Positions 22,175 through 31,495 of a stretch of 43,052 nt of DNA are shown one piece after another. The stretch covers positions 1-43,052 of the forward strand of contig JBCKWF010000002.1 in the NCBI GenBank assembly GCA_038922895.1. The letters are read 5' to 3'. This stretch comes from Gammaproteobacteria bacterium. GTDB taxonomy: Bacteria > Pseudomonadota > Gammaproteobacteria > Eutrophobiales > Eutrophobiaceae. The translations under genes were made by a program, and so were the position numbers. The first letter of the stretch is position 1. The number at the start of each line of letters is the position of its first letter. Under the pieces are notes generated by a model. That model did no database searches and was not told the DNA's origin. It saw only the letters and a program-made list of their open reading frames with translations.

Positions 22175-23275
22175 ATGTTGGTCAAACGCAACTATATTTC
22201 TCTGGGAATGGGCATGTTGCTTTACACACTGCTGTGTCCACTTGTCTATGCGCACGGTATGACCGAGGCTGAAAAACTGATCATTATGGAAGGCGGCAAT
22301 CTGGGTTATATGGAGATCGGTGCAACACATATGTTGACCGGCTATGATCACCTGTTGTTTGTATTCGGGGTCATCTTTTTTCTGCGCACATTCCGTGACA
22401 TCGTTAAATATGTCACTGCGTTCACACTCGGACACAGCGTTACCTTGATTTTCGCTACACTTAACGCCATACAGATAAATTACTTTCTTATTGATGCGGT
22501 GATTGGTCTGAGTGTCAGCTATATTGCCTTTGCCAACATTGAGGGCTTCCGTAGATATCTTGATATTAAACCGCCCAACATGCTGGTGATGATCACATGT
22601 TTAGGCCTGATCCATGGCCTCGGATTATCTTCGCGATTACAAGAACTACCTCTAAGCGAAGACAGTTTATTGCTCAATATTATTTCGTTCAATGTCGGTA
22701 TTGAACTGGGGCAGATTTTTGCCCTGTTGCTGATGATATTGGCCATTGATATCTGGCGCAAAACTGAGTCGTTCCAAAAATTCAGTCTAGTGTCAAATTA
22801 TCTGCTCATATGCGCAGGCGTGTTGCTTTTCCTGATGCAAATGCACGGATATACTCATCTGAGCGACCCGCTACAGTTCGCTGTTGCATCAACGCAGGTT
22901 CAGGGGGGTGTGAACGGGACAGACACTGTCACCATTGCTGCCAGCACTGGATCCAGGATTCAATGGAAGGATACGATCAATATCACGATACCGGCGAATG
23001 GCTCAAAAGAATACAAGTTCCAGATGCTGGAAAACGGCGTGCTTGAATATGCATGGAAAACTGACATTGAAAAACTGTTTTACGAATTTCACGGAGAGCC
23101 CAAGGGAGACACAACGGGTTATTTTAAAAGCTATGAAAAAAATACAGCCGATCAGGCTACGGGTATATTAAATGCGCCGTTTGAGGGTATCCATGGCTGG
23201 TACTGGCAGAATAATACCTTGTCACCCGTCAATATCGTTCTGAATGTAAAAGGCGAGTATAAACGCCTGGATTGA
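22175..23275 (+). CDS. HupE/UreJ-like (HupE_UreJ_2-type) membrane protein fused to an unassigned ~120-aa C-terminal domain
   Basis: AGAGGA ribosome-binding site; the gene starts 42 nt after czcA. Signal-like N-terminus. Motifs THMLTGYDHLLFVFGV, FTLGHSVTL, GLIHGLGLSS and FNVGIELGQ resemble the HupE/UreJ_2 family as I remember it. Residues from about 245 to 366 (WKDTINITIPANGSKEYKFQMLENGVLEYAWKTD...FYEFHGEP...HGWYWQNN...) are non-membrane and beta-rich. Confidence 0.7.
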   Translation: MLVKRNYISLGMGMLLYTLLCPLVYAHGMTEAEKLIIMEGGNLGYMEIGATHMLTGYDHLLFVFGVIFFLRTFRDIVKYVTAFTLGHSVTLIFATLNAIQINYFLIDAVIGLSVSYIAFANIEGFRRYLDIKPPNMLVMITCLGLIHGLGLSSRLQELPLSEDSLLLNIISFNVGIELGQIFALLLMILAIDIWRKTESFQKFSLVSNYLLICAGVLLFLMQMHGYTHLSDPLQFAVASTQVQGGVNGTDTVTIAASTGSRIQWKDTINITIPANGSKEYKFQMLENGVLEYAWKTDIEKLFYEFHGEPKGDTTGYFKSYEKNTADQATGILNAPFEGIHGWYWQNNTLSPVNIVLNVKGEYKRLD

Positions 23276-23661
23276 AGAAATGGCACTGGCAACAGAGTAA
23301 CCATCGTACTTTATAGAGCGCCCTGCCAATTAATAGTTTCCGTCCAGGTCGAATACCGGGCCTGTTATTTTTGCCCTTGTTATTTGCATCGTTGCAGGTG
23401 CCTGCGCAAGAACCTGTAGCCTGGGGTGCCGGAGAAGAACTGGAAGACGCAGCAGAGTAAAATACACCATCCCCCCAGTGGCAAGGTCTGCCATTCTGGC
23501 GGGTATTTTCAGGGGTTTACTTCGTCACATATCAACCGTCTAATTCTGGCTTGTCAATCCTGTAATTACTGTCCTACAGCTGAGATATGTCTATGATTCT
23601 CTAAGTTATTAAAACGCTACTTGTTCACCTGCTGAAAGATAGCCTAGTATCCAGTGTTCAT

Positions 23662-24990
23662 ATGCTGGACATTCAAAAAGATCACATCTGGCCCCGCTTC
23701 ATTGCTTTGATGGATATGAACGCTTTTTTTGCGTCCATCGAGCAACTGGACCACCCTGAATTACGCGGTAAACCTATAGGGGTCACTAACGGCAAAACAG
23801 GCACCTGTATTATCACTTGTTCCTATGAAGCCCGTGCCCACGGAATCAAAACCGTCATGCGGGTCAAACAAGCAAAGCAGTTATGTCCTGAATTCATCCA
23901 GGTACCAGCGAGACCAGAACGTTATACCGAGGTCTCTATTGGCATCATGGACGCGCTACAAGCCGTTACCCCCGATGTAGAAGTATTTTCCTGTGACGAG
24001 GCCTTTCTGGATTTGACGCATTGCCAGCGCTATTGGAAGCGTTCTCCCGAAACTATGGGAAAGATGATAAAAGATATTGTAAGAGAAACCTCCGGACTTA
24101 AATGCTCTGTGGGATTGAGTGGCGACAAGACTACAGCCAAGTATGCTGCCAAATTAAACAAGCCCGACGGCCTGACCATTATTCCGCCCTGGGAAGCCAA
24201 GGGACGATTAAAAAACGTACCTGTTACTGAATTATGCGGTATCGGGCCGGGGATTGGCGAATTCCTGCGAAAACGTGGTGTAAAGGTTTGTGGCGATATG
24301 GCAAAGTTACCCATGAGTGTACTGGGAGATCGATTTGGACCTCTGGGCACACGAATATGGATGATGTGCCGGGGAGAAGATCCCTCCAGGGTAGAAACCA
24401 TTGTTCAAGCACCCAAATCAGTCGGGCATGGCAAGGTGATGCCACCGAATACCAGGGACAAAGATGTGATCCTCATGTATCTCATTCACATGGGCGAGAA
24501 AGTAGGACAGCGATTACGGCAACATTCCCTGACCGCGCAGAAATATTTTATTGGCCTGCGTACTTACGATGGCTGGGTAGGTACAAATAAAATCAAAACA
24601 AGATTTCCAACAAATGACAGTCGTATGATCCATGAATTAAGTATGGTTATACTGAATCAATACTGGCATGGTGAGGGAATACACCAGGTGCAAATTACGG
24701 CATTAGATCCCAGGGCACAGAAGGAGCAGCCTGATCTGTTTGCAGAAGATAATTCAAAGGCAGATCGTCTGAATCATGCCATGGATAAGATAAATAACCG
24801 GTACGGGGAATTCACCCTGTCACCGGCCATCCTGATGGAACGCTCAGATATGCCAAATGTGATTGCTCCGGCCTGGAAGCCATACGGACACCGGCAGACA
24901 ATTGTGCCTACTGTGGAAAGGAAGAAACTAAAGGGACCCGTTCAATTAACTGCTGACCCTGATTTCGCGGACTATACGCCCGAGTACTGA
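23662..24990 (+). CDS. Y-family DNA polymerase (DinB/Pol IV-like, long form)
   Basis: Catalytic motifs LMDMNAFFASIEQ and FSCDEAFLDLT. Also SVGLSGDKTTAKYAAKLNKPDG and a little-finger region. At 442 aa it has a C-terminal tail, APAWKPYGHRQTIV..., that E. coli DinB lacks. Confidence 0.85.
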   Translation: MLDIQKDHIWPRFIALMDMNAFFASIEQLDHPELRGKPIGVTNGKTGTCIITCSYEARAHGIKTVMRVKQAKQLCPEFIQVPARPERYTEVSIGIMDALQAVTPDVEVFSCDEAFLDLTHCQRYWKRSPETMGKMIKDIVRETSGLKCSVGLSGDKTTAKYAAKLNKPDGLTIIPPWEAKGRLKNVPVTELCGIGPGIGEFLRKRGVKVCGDMAKLPMSVLGDRFGPLGTRIWMMCRGEDPSRVETIVQAPKSVGHGKVMPPNTRDKDVILMYLIHMGEKVGQRLRQHSLTAQKYFIGLRTYDGWVGTNKIKTRFPTNDSRMIHELSMVILNQYWHGEGIHQVQITALDPRAQKEQPDLFAEDNSKADRLNHAMDKINNRYGEFTLSPAILMERSDMPNVIAPAWKPYGHRQTIVPTVERKKLKGPVQLTADPDFADYTPEY

Positions 24991-25188
24991 CAGGCCAAAA
25001 ATCATATTTCCCATGAAGGGACGACAAGTTTTTTCCCACCTTACTCTAACCACTCGTCATAATCATCCAGCTTGATGATAACAGGGGGCTATGATGAATA
25101 GGGGCTATTTGTTCACTTAGGGGAATAGTATAAGGCAAGCCTTCTCTTTAATACTGTCCTGCAAGCATGCAAAGCGGCCATGTCGCAC

Positions 25189-26682
25189 TCAGAGCAGGGT
25201 ACGGATCGACATCACAGTAAAGAAGCAGTAAAAAAGCGACATGCAAACAAGTACAACGCGTCTCCACATTGGCGGGCGTACCTGTTCGGGGAGCAGGCAG
25301 GTATTAATGTAGAGCAGATGGATTGAGGCGATCATCAAAACAATTCCCGCCATGTTGGCGCTGAGTTGCAGCAGCATGATCGGCTGGGCGAGACGCAATG
25401 CAATTATGCCCCAGACGACGACAATACCCAGCACGCTGTAATAAAGCTTGCGGACATCGCGGCGGGTCCAGTCACGGCACCGGCGACTGCCGGTCCAGAG
25501 CATGTCGGTAATGGCCCGCACCATGCCTTCAAGTATATCCAGCTGCGTTTTAACCAGAATCCATACACCGAGGAACGCCACAACGCCGGCCATAAAAGCA
25601 CCACCGACGGGTCCGACTCCCTGCGCCAGGGCCGCGCTGATCCCGGGCCCGCGGATGTCACTGCCAGCCGGTATAAGTACCACGTATAACATGGCTGGAA
25701 GCATCATGCCTAACAGGGCACCAACAAAAAATATACCCCATTGGTCGGCCTTGATAATACGCCACCAACCGTGCCACCGGACCATTGCTTCCGTGTCTGG
25801 CGTAAAGGTAAAACCGGTATGGGACAGATCTACCTTTTCACCACTCATCGCGGCGGGAATATAGCCAGCCATCTTTGCCATTCCATAGCCCTTGTCCCGG
25901 GCCCAGTTTGACAGCATCAGGTTTATCATGCCGCCAGCGCCCGAGTAGGCTGCCAGCGCGGCCAGCAGAAAATAATCTGCCCCTGCAGGGAGAAAGCTGA
26001 ATTGACTATTGATGGTATCGTAACCAACGAATCCAACCACAGCAGAAAACCATGTGCCGAACGGGACGAGTAATATGGCCAGCAACAGGAAACCACCCAG
26101 GATGCAGACTACCAGTATCCAGTTAAGAACTTCCAGAGTACGTTCGATCCGGTTTCCAACTAGCAACACCGCCGCGCACACCAGGAAAGTTCCAACACCG
26201 ATCAGGTACACCGTGCCGGCGTCCGTACTGACTGGAAGATGCCCGGCAAACAGAAAAAAGACCGCGCCTGCCGCTGTGCCGGCCCAGGCCGGCCAACCGA
26301 CCTGCAGGAGAAAGAGCACCGCATAAAACCACGCCCATGCCGTTGAAGATGGACGTGTCCGCATGAATCCGGTGACTGCCGGTTCGCCTGTTGCCATTGT
26401 GTAGCGCATCAGTTCGGTATTGAAAACAGTCTGGAAAAACACCGCAACCAGCGTGACCCAGAGCAGTGACAGGCCCAGCCTGACAAATACCGCCGGCCCG
26501 AGCAGAAACTCGCCGCTTCCAATCGAAGCGCCCAGGACAATAACACCCGGTCCGACTACCGCAAGCCAACCTAGTCCCTTCGGCACAGGCGGTACTGGCA
26601 TTTCCATCCGTTTCCATGCACTCAATCCTGAACGGGCTTCCAGGCTTGCTTCAAGCTTACTATTGATAGACTGTTGGGACAT
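25189..26682 (-). CDS. Nramp-superfamily membrane transporter, non-canonical metal-site motifs
   Basis: Polytopic 497-aa protein. VVGPGVIVLGASIGSGEFLLGP aligns by eye with the Nramp TM1 block GPGFL....YIDPGN. AYSGAGGMINLMLSN aligns with the TM6 block GA.IMPHNLYLHS. GGAG ribosome-binding site upstream. Confidence 0.6.
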   Translation of the reverse strand: MSQQSINSKLEASLEARSGLSAWKRMEMPVPPVPKGLGWLAVVGPGVIVLGASIGSGEFLLGPAVFVRLGLSLLWVTLVAVFFQTVFNTELMRYTMATGEPAVTGFMRTRPSSTAWAWFYAVLFLLQVGWPAWAGTAAGAVFFLFAGHLPVSTDAGTVYLIGVGTFLVCAAVLLVGNRIERTLEVLNWILVVCILGGFLLLAILLVPFGTWFSAVVGFVGYDTINSQFSFLPAGADYFLLAALAAYSGAGGMINLMLSNWARDKGYGMAKMAGYIPAAMSGEKVDLSHTGFTFTPDTEAMVRWHGWWRIIKADQWGIFFVGALLGMMLPAMLYVVLIPAGSDIRGPGISAALAQGVGPVGGAFMAGVVAFLGVWILVKTQLDILEGMVRAITDMLWTGSRRCRDWTRRDVRKLYYSVLGIVVVWGIIALRLAQPIMLLQLSANMAGIVLMIASIHLLYINTCLLPEQVRPPMWRRVVLVCMSLFYCFFTVMSIRTLL

Positions 26683-26802
26683 TAGAGCTCCTTATGCTTC
26701 GACACGTATGTTGTTTGCTCGAGCTATGACCTGACTATGTGTTTCGGGAAAACAGGAAGTGGTAAACCAATGCAGACATCTGACAAACCCCTGGCGGATT
26801 CA

Positions 26803-27721
26803 AGTTTGAAGTGCAACTTTTGTAAGATTGTTTGGAGGCCAGCTGCGTTAGCATCGGAGCCTCTCAAACGACCCAGTAAAAGGGGCACACATGAAGGGCT
26901 ACCAGCAGCTTACCAGCGAGCAACGATACCAGATTTCCGGGTTAAGGGAAGCAGGTTTGAAACCAGCACAAATTGCGGATGAGGTTGGGGTGGACAAGTC
27001 TACGATTTCGCGTGAACTCAGGCGGAACCAGGGTCAACCCGGTTGGCGACCGCAACCGGCTCAGGCATTGAGGCACGCGCGGCGTCAGGCCTGTACCAAT
27101 GCCAAGCAGTTTTGATTGAATGACTGGGCACAAGTCGAGAAGTTGATTCAGCCGGGCATGAGTCCAGATCAAGCGGCACAGCGGCTTGCATTGGCAGATA
27201 GCTTGCAGATCAGTCACCAGAGCATCTACCAGTACATCTACGCGGACCAGCGCCGAGGTGGCGACATAGGGAGGCACCCGGAGCAGCCAGAAACCGCGCA
27301 GGGGGCGTTATGCAAGCGGGCAGGAGCGCCGGGGCATGCTCAAGCACAGAGTCAGCATTGACGAGCGTCCGCAGATCCTGGATCAAAAGATCCGTATAGG
27401 CGCCTGCGAGGGCGACACGCTCATCGGCAAAAATCATCGTGGTGCATTGGTCAGGTTGGCCGAGAGGAAATCGCGCTATGTGCTGGCATCCAAAGTGTCC
27501 AGCCAACATGCAAAAGGCGTGACGGCGGCGCCCCTACCAACGCCAGTGCCACACCGTGACGTTCGACAATGGGAAGGAGTACACAGAACCTGAGAAGATC
27601 GCGGCAGCTTTGCAGGCCGACATCTACTTCGCGCATCCTTACAGCTCATGGGAACAAGGGCTGAATGAGAACAGCAACGGATTGCTCAGACAGTATTTCC
27701 CCAAGGGGATGGGCGGTTTCA
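26803..27721 (+). pseudogene. IS30-family element A: left end plus frameshifted, 3'-truncated transposase gene
   Basis: Left terminus contains GAAGTGCAAC (26809-26818), which resembles the IS30-B terminus. HTH N-terminus MKGYQQLTSEQRYQISGLREAGLKPAQIADEVGVDKSTISRELRRN. Later pieces in other frames include SIDERPQILDQKIRIG..EGDTLIGKNHRGALV.LAERKSRY and TFDNGKEYTEPEKIAAALQADIYFAHPYSSWEQGLNENSNGLLRQYFPKG. It breaks off at the IS30-B end. Confidence 0.8.
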
Positions 27722-28815
27722 AGCTCCAAGTGCAAATAACGCAGCGTAATGCTGCTTAAAGTCATACGCGTCTGGTGTAAACAACTGCGCTGGACACTTG
27801 AACCCTAGTGACTTGCGTGGCCGCGTATTCAGCCGCCATGCAATCGCATCCAACTCCTCCTGTGAGAAGATGCTCAAGTCACTGCCTTTGGGCAGGTACT
27901 GCCGCAACCAGCCATTGGTATTCTGGTTGATGCCGCGTTGCCAAGGGCTATGCGGGTCGGCGCAGTATACCTTTACGCCAGTGTCTGCCGTGAGCTGACA
28001 TCTCTTTGCCCTGATCGTATGTCATCGACAAACGCTTCTGCGCCTCAATACGATTGAGCACATGACCACAGCCCTGCAGTGCTAATCGGCACCGGCATTA
28101 TCCAGCTTGGCCAGCACGGTGAACCAGGTGATGCGCTCAACCAGCGTACCTACCGAAGCACGGTTACCTGCACCTTTGCTGAGGTCGCCTTGCCAGTGTC
28201 CTGGTAGCAGGCGCTCCTCAATCTCCGGCGGCCGGTCATGGATACTGACCAAGTCGGGTATCTGTCCGCGTCGATCTTCAGCCCCTGATCGCGGCCGACG
28301 CTGGGCCTGACCAAGGCGCAACCAACCTATGCCTGCAGCGCGCAACTCCCTCGCGGCATGGCGTAGATGGCGGTGTAGAGGCTTGCGTGAGCAACCTGCA
28401 ATGCGGGAAGGTCAGGCTGCAGGTCGCGCAGTGTGGCCGCGATCTGTGCGGGTGAGTAGCCCGTCTTGAGATAACCCATCACCCAATTCCACAACCTGTT
28501 GCCCAGCGGCAACCGAGGTTCAAGGCGGGCTTTAACCAAACAGATTTGCGCCCGCTGTTCAGCTACAAGCAGCACGCTAGCCACCCGCTACCCAAGGCCG
28601 GCCTCGACTCCGAAACGTCGGCGGACGAACCCAGCCGTTGCGCCTTAACTCACGGCTGATTGTTGAGGGGAGTCGCCCCAGCTCGCGCGCCATCGCAGCA
28701 GGCTTGATTCCCATCGAGAGTTGCGCTTGGATCATCATAGGTTGTTCTAAACTCAGGTGCTTGTAGGTTTTTTCCATGCAGCATTCTCCTATGAATGAAT
28801 GTTGCACTTGGAGTT
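27722..28815 (-). mobile_element. IS30-family element B (about 1.1 kb) with frameshifted transposase gene, inserted into element A
   Basis: Terminal repeat core CTCCAAGTGCAA occurs at 27724-27735 and, on the opposite strand, at 28802-28813 (12 of 12). Transposase pieces on the minus strand: MEKTYKHLSLEQ...PSTISRELRRNG (from 28777), GYSPAQIAATL, SIHDRPPEIEERLLPGHWQGDL, MTYDQGKEM, PWQRGINQNTNGWLRQYLPKGSDLS...NTRPRKSLGFKCPAQLF (stop at 27719). Several frame changes are needed. Confidence 0.85.
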
Positions 28816-30040
28816 AGAGCGCGCCCTGGCTTCTTACTGTCCCTGCCAGATTTTTATCCTGGATAAACTTGCCTGGATCAGCAGGGATGGAGGTATCAGT
28901 CATAAAACATTGCAGCAGATCATTAAGATAATTCAGTCCTGCAACTGTGGGACGCGTTGTCTCATTACTGGTTTGCAACCAACCCCGTGTACGGGCAGCA
29001 TCCAGCTGGACTGCGATCATCTCGAGAGGCAATCCTGTCCTGTCTGAAAACAGCCTGTGCTCAAAACCATCCGTCAATCTGAGCGCATTCATCATGAATT
29101 CCAGGATCAGATCCGGTTGCTGCAGTGGTCTGGTTTCTGAAATCACCTCCGCCCGACCAGCCAGTTGCATATAACGCTCTGGCAAGCGGTGCCGGACAAA
29201 GCGCGATATGACACCTGCAACCGGATCGGTCAGTTTGCCATGTGCACCGGCACCAAGACCAAGGTAATCACCGAATGACCAGTAATTCAGGTTATGTCTG
29301 CATTGCTGTGCATGCTTCGCGTAGGCAGATATCTCATATTGATGGAAACCGGCACTGGACAGCTTATGCTGGCCTGACTGCTGGATGTCCCAGACAAGAT
29401 CGTCCCCCGGTACTGCCGGCGGATTTTTATAAAATACTGTATTTGGTTCTATCGTCAACTGATACCAGGACAGGTGTGCCGTTGCATGCTCTATGCCTTG
29501 CCCAAGGTCGTCCATAGCCTGCGTCAATGTCTGTTGCGGCAGACCATACATAAGATCGATGTTAATCCTCTCAAATCCGGACGACTTCGCAATCCGGATT
29601 GCCTCAGTCGCGGTTGCTGCATCATGTATGCGTCCAAGCCGGGTCAGCATCTGATCATCGAAACTCTGTATGCCAATGGAAAGCCGGTTTATGCCAAGCT
29701 CCCGGTAAGCATGAAAGCGACGCGCTTCTACCGTGCCGGGATTCGCCTCCAGTGTGATTTCTATATCAGCAGCAAGCTGAAGACGTGACCGGATCGCTGA
29801 TAATAATATCTGCAAGGACGCGGCCGAGAACAGGCTGGGCGTTCCTCCGCCGATAAAGATGCTGCGAATTTCGCGGTGCTGTACCTTTGCCAAATCAAAA
29901 TCAAGGTCACGGATCAATGCCTCGATGTAGGCCTGCTCCGGAAAGGGGGCATTATCCGTAGCATGAGAATTGAAATCGCAGTACGGGCATTTTTTTATAC
30001 ACCAGGGTAGATGTATATATAGTGACAAGGGAGACTGCAT
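28814..30040 (-). CDS. hemW: radical-SAM heme chaperone HemW (HemN-like, YggW)
   Basis: SLYIHLPWCIKKCPYCDFNSHA (CxxxCxxC), FIGGGTPSL, HLSWYQLTIEPNT, QCRHNLNYW. Collinear by eye with E. coli YggW but about 25-30 codons longer at the C-terminus. The stop TAA at 28814-28816 abuts the IS30-B terminus. Confidence 0.9.
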   Translation of the reverse strand: MQSPLSLYIHLPWCIKKCPYCDFNSHATDNAPFPEQAYIEALIRDLDFDLAKVQHREIRSIFIGGGTPSLFSAASLQILLSAIRSRLQLAADIEITLEANPGTVEARRFHAYRELGINRLSIGIQSFDDQMLTRLGRIHDAATATEAIRIAKSSGFERINIDLMYGLPQQTLTQAMDDLGQGIEHATAHLSWYQLTIEPNTVFYKNPPAVPGDDLVWDIQQSGQHKLSSAGFHQYEISAYAKHAQQCRHNLNYWSFGDYLGLGAGAHGKLTDPVAGVISRFVRHRLPERYMQLAGRAEVISETRPLQQPDLILEFMMNALRLTDGFEHRLFSDRTGLPLEMIAVQLDAARTRGWLQTSNETTRPTVAGLNYLNDLLQCFMTDTSIPADPGKFIQDKNLAGTVRSQGAL

Positions 30041-30073
30041 TATGCCTGTCCTACCACATCTGCCAGTTCATGA

Positions 30074-30694
30074 TCAGCTTGTACAAGACTTGTCCGTCCC
30101 TTTCAGTTTCTGCAGCAGTATTTGCAGTGCCTTACCCCGGTGGCTGATCCTGTTCTTCACCTCCGGTGCAAGTTCTGCGGAGGTACAGCCGTGTGTCGGC
30201 ACAAGAAAAACCGGGTCGTAACCAAATCCATTATTACCTCTCGGCTCGAAGACCAGACAACCCTCCCAGCTTGCCTGAGCAATTACCGGGGAAGTATCGT
30301 TTGCATGCTTAAGATAGACGATAACACACTGATATCTGGCAAGCGGTTGCTGTGTACCTGTGGCCCTGACATTGTGCAGTAACAGTTCCAGATTCTGCTG
30401 ATCGGTCGCAGACTCTCCCGCATACCGCGCGGAGTAAAGGCCAGGCGCACCTTTCAAAACATCGACTTCAATACCGGAATCATCCGCAATTGCCGCTAAG
30501 CCGGAAACTGCTGCTGCAGCCCTGGCCTTCAATAGCGCATTTTCCACATAACTGAGCCCTGTCTCGGCCACAACCGGCACATTAAAGCGGGATTGTGGTA
30601 TCAGTACGATGCCGATACCGGCAAGGATCTCTCCTATCTCACGCAGCTTGCCTGAATTACCGCTGGCAAGCACAACCTGTTGCTGCTGGGGCAC
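30074..30694 (-). CDS. rdgB: dITP/XTP pyrophosphatase RdgB (Ham1 family)
   Basis: GTG start. VVLASGNSGKLREI, ETG.SYVENALLKA, GFGYDPVF, KNRISHRGKAL. Lies between rph and hemW, as in enterobacterial yggV-yggW. Confidence 0.92.
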   Translation of the reverse strand: MPQQQQVVLASGNSGKLREIGEILAGIGIVLIPQSRFNVPVVAETGLSYVENALLKARAAAAVSGLAAIADDSGIEVDVLKGAPGLYSARYAGESATDQQNLELLLHNVRATGTQQPLARYQCVIVYLKHANDTSPVIAQASWEGCLVFEPRGNNGFGYDPVFLVPTHGCTSAELAPEVKNRISHRGKALQILLQKLKGTDKSCTS

Positions 30695-30697
30695 GAG

Positions 30698-31414
30698 TCA
30701 CCCGTTCAACGCAAGTTTCTGGAAATCAAACAGCTGCTTAATCCCGTTCTTTGCCAGCAGCAACATAGTGTTCAGTTCATCCTGACTGAACGGATGTCCT
30801 TCCGCTGTCCCCTGGATCTCGATGAAATCACCGGCATCATTCATAACGACATTCATGTCGGTCTGTGCATCCACGTCTTCATTATAATCCAAATCCAGGA
30901 CCGGCTTGCCATTACAGATACCTACCGAAACCGACGCAATCATGCCTTTCAGCGGATCGGTCTTTATCAGTTTTTCACGCTGCGCATAGCGCAGGGCCTC
31001 GACCATCGCCACATAACCACCGGTAATCGACGCTGTGCGGGTGCCACCATCGGCCTGGATAACGTCACAATCGATGGTGATGGTATTCTCACCAAGTTCC
31101 TTCGTATCAATGACCGCCCGCAAGGACCGGCCAATCAGACGCTGGATCTCCATAGTACGTCCGCCCTGCTTGTTAGCAGTAGCTTCACGCCGCATACGTT
31201 GATTGGTTGAACGAGGTAACATTCCATATTCAGCTGTTACCCAGCCACGTCCCTGTCCTTTCAAAAAGGACGGGACCGACGACTCGAGCGTCGCCGTACA
31301 AATGACCTTGGTCCGTCCGAATTCAATTAAAACCGAACCTTCGGCATGACAGGTGAATTCCCGGGTAATCCTGATATCACGCAGTTCATCCGGTTTTCTT
31401 CCACTTGGTCGCAT
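30698..31414 (-). CDS. rph: ribonuclease PH
   Basis: [51 protein letters not shown]. 238 aa. Confidence 0.95.
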   Translation of the reverse strand: MRPSGRKPDELRDIRITREFTCHAEGSVLIEFGRTKVICTATLESSVPSFLKGQGRGWVTAEYGMLPRSTNQRMRREATANKQGGRTMEIQRLIGRSLRAVIDTKELGENTITIDCDVIQADGGTRTASITGGYVAMVEALRYAQREKLIKTDPLKGMIASVSVGICNGKPVLDLDYNEDVDAQTDMNVVMNDAGDFIEIQGTAEGHPFSQDELNTMLLLAKNGIKQLFDFQKLALNG

Positions 31415-31495
31415 TCATTATTCTCCTATAAGCTATGTTTTATTATACCTGTAATACCCTATAATCCGTTATCACATATATATGGAGCAGAAACG

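Noticed and set aside
23337-23540. 68-codon open frame without any start codon (…GPVIFALVICIVAGACARTCSLGCRRRTGRR…) in the hupE-like/polymerase spacer
   Set aside because: There is no ATG, GTG or TTG near its 5' end and no recognisable family. It may be a gene remnant, but this cannot be supported from the sequence alone.
23561-23580. LexA-box-like CTGTAATTACTGTCCTACAG upstream of the Y-family polymerase
   Set aside because: The CTGT...ACAG spacing is 12 nt (or 3 nt for the inner pair), not the 8 nt of the gammaproteobacterial SOS box. I cannot support it as a LexA site.
26683-26802. Possible MntR/Fur-type operator or Mn riboswitch upstream of the Nramp-like gene (two CATAG repeats, GCTCGAGC palindrome)
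   Set aside because: The CATAG copies are direct, not inverted as in the E. coli MntR site. There is no yybP-ykoY-like conserved core, and only about 120 nt remain before the IS30-A end.
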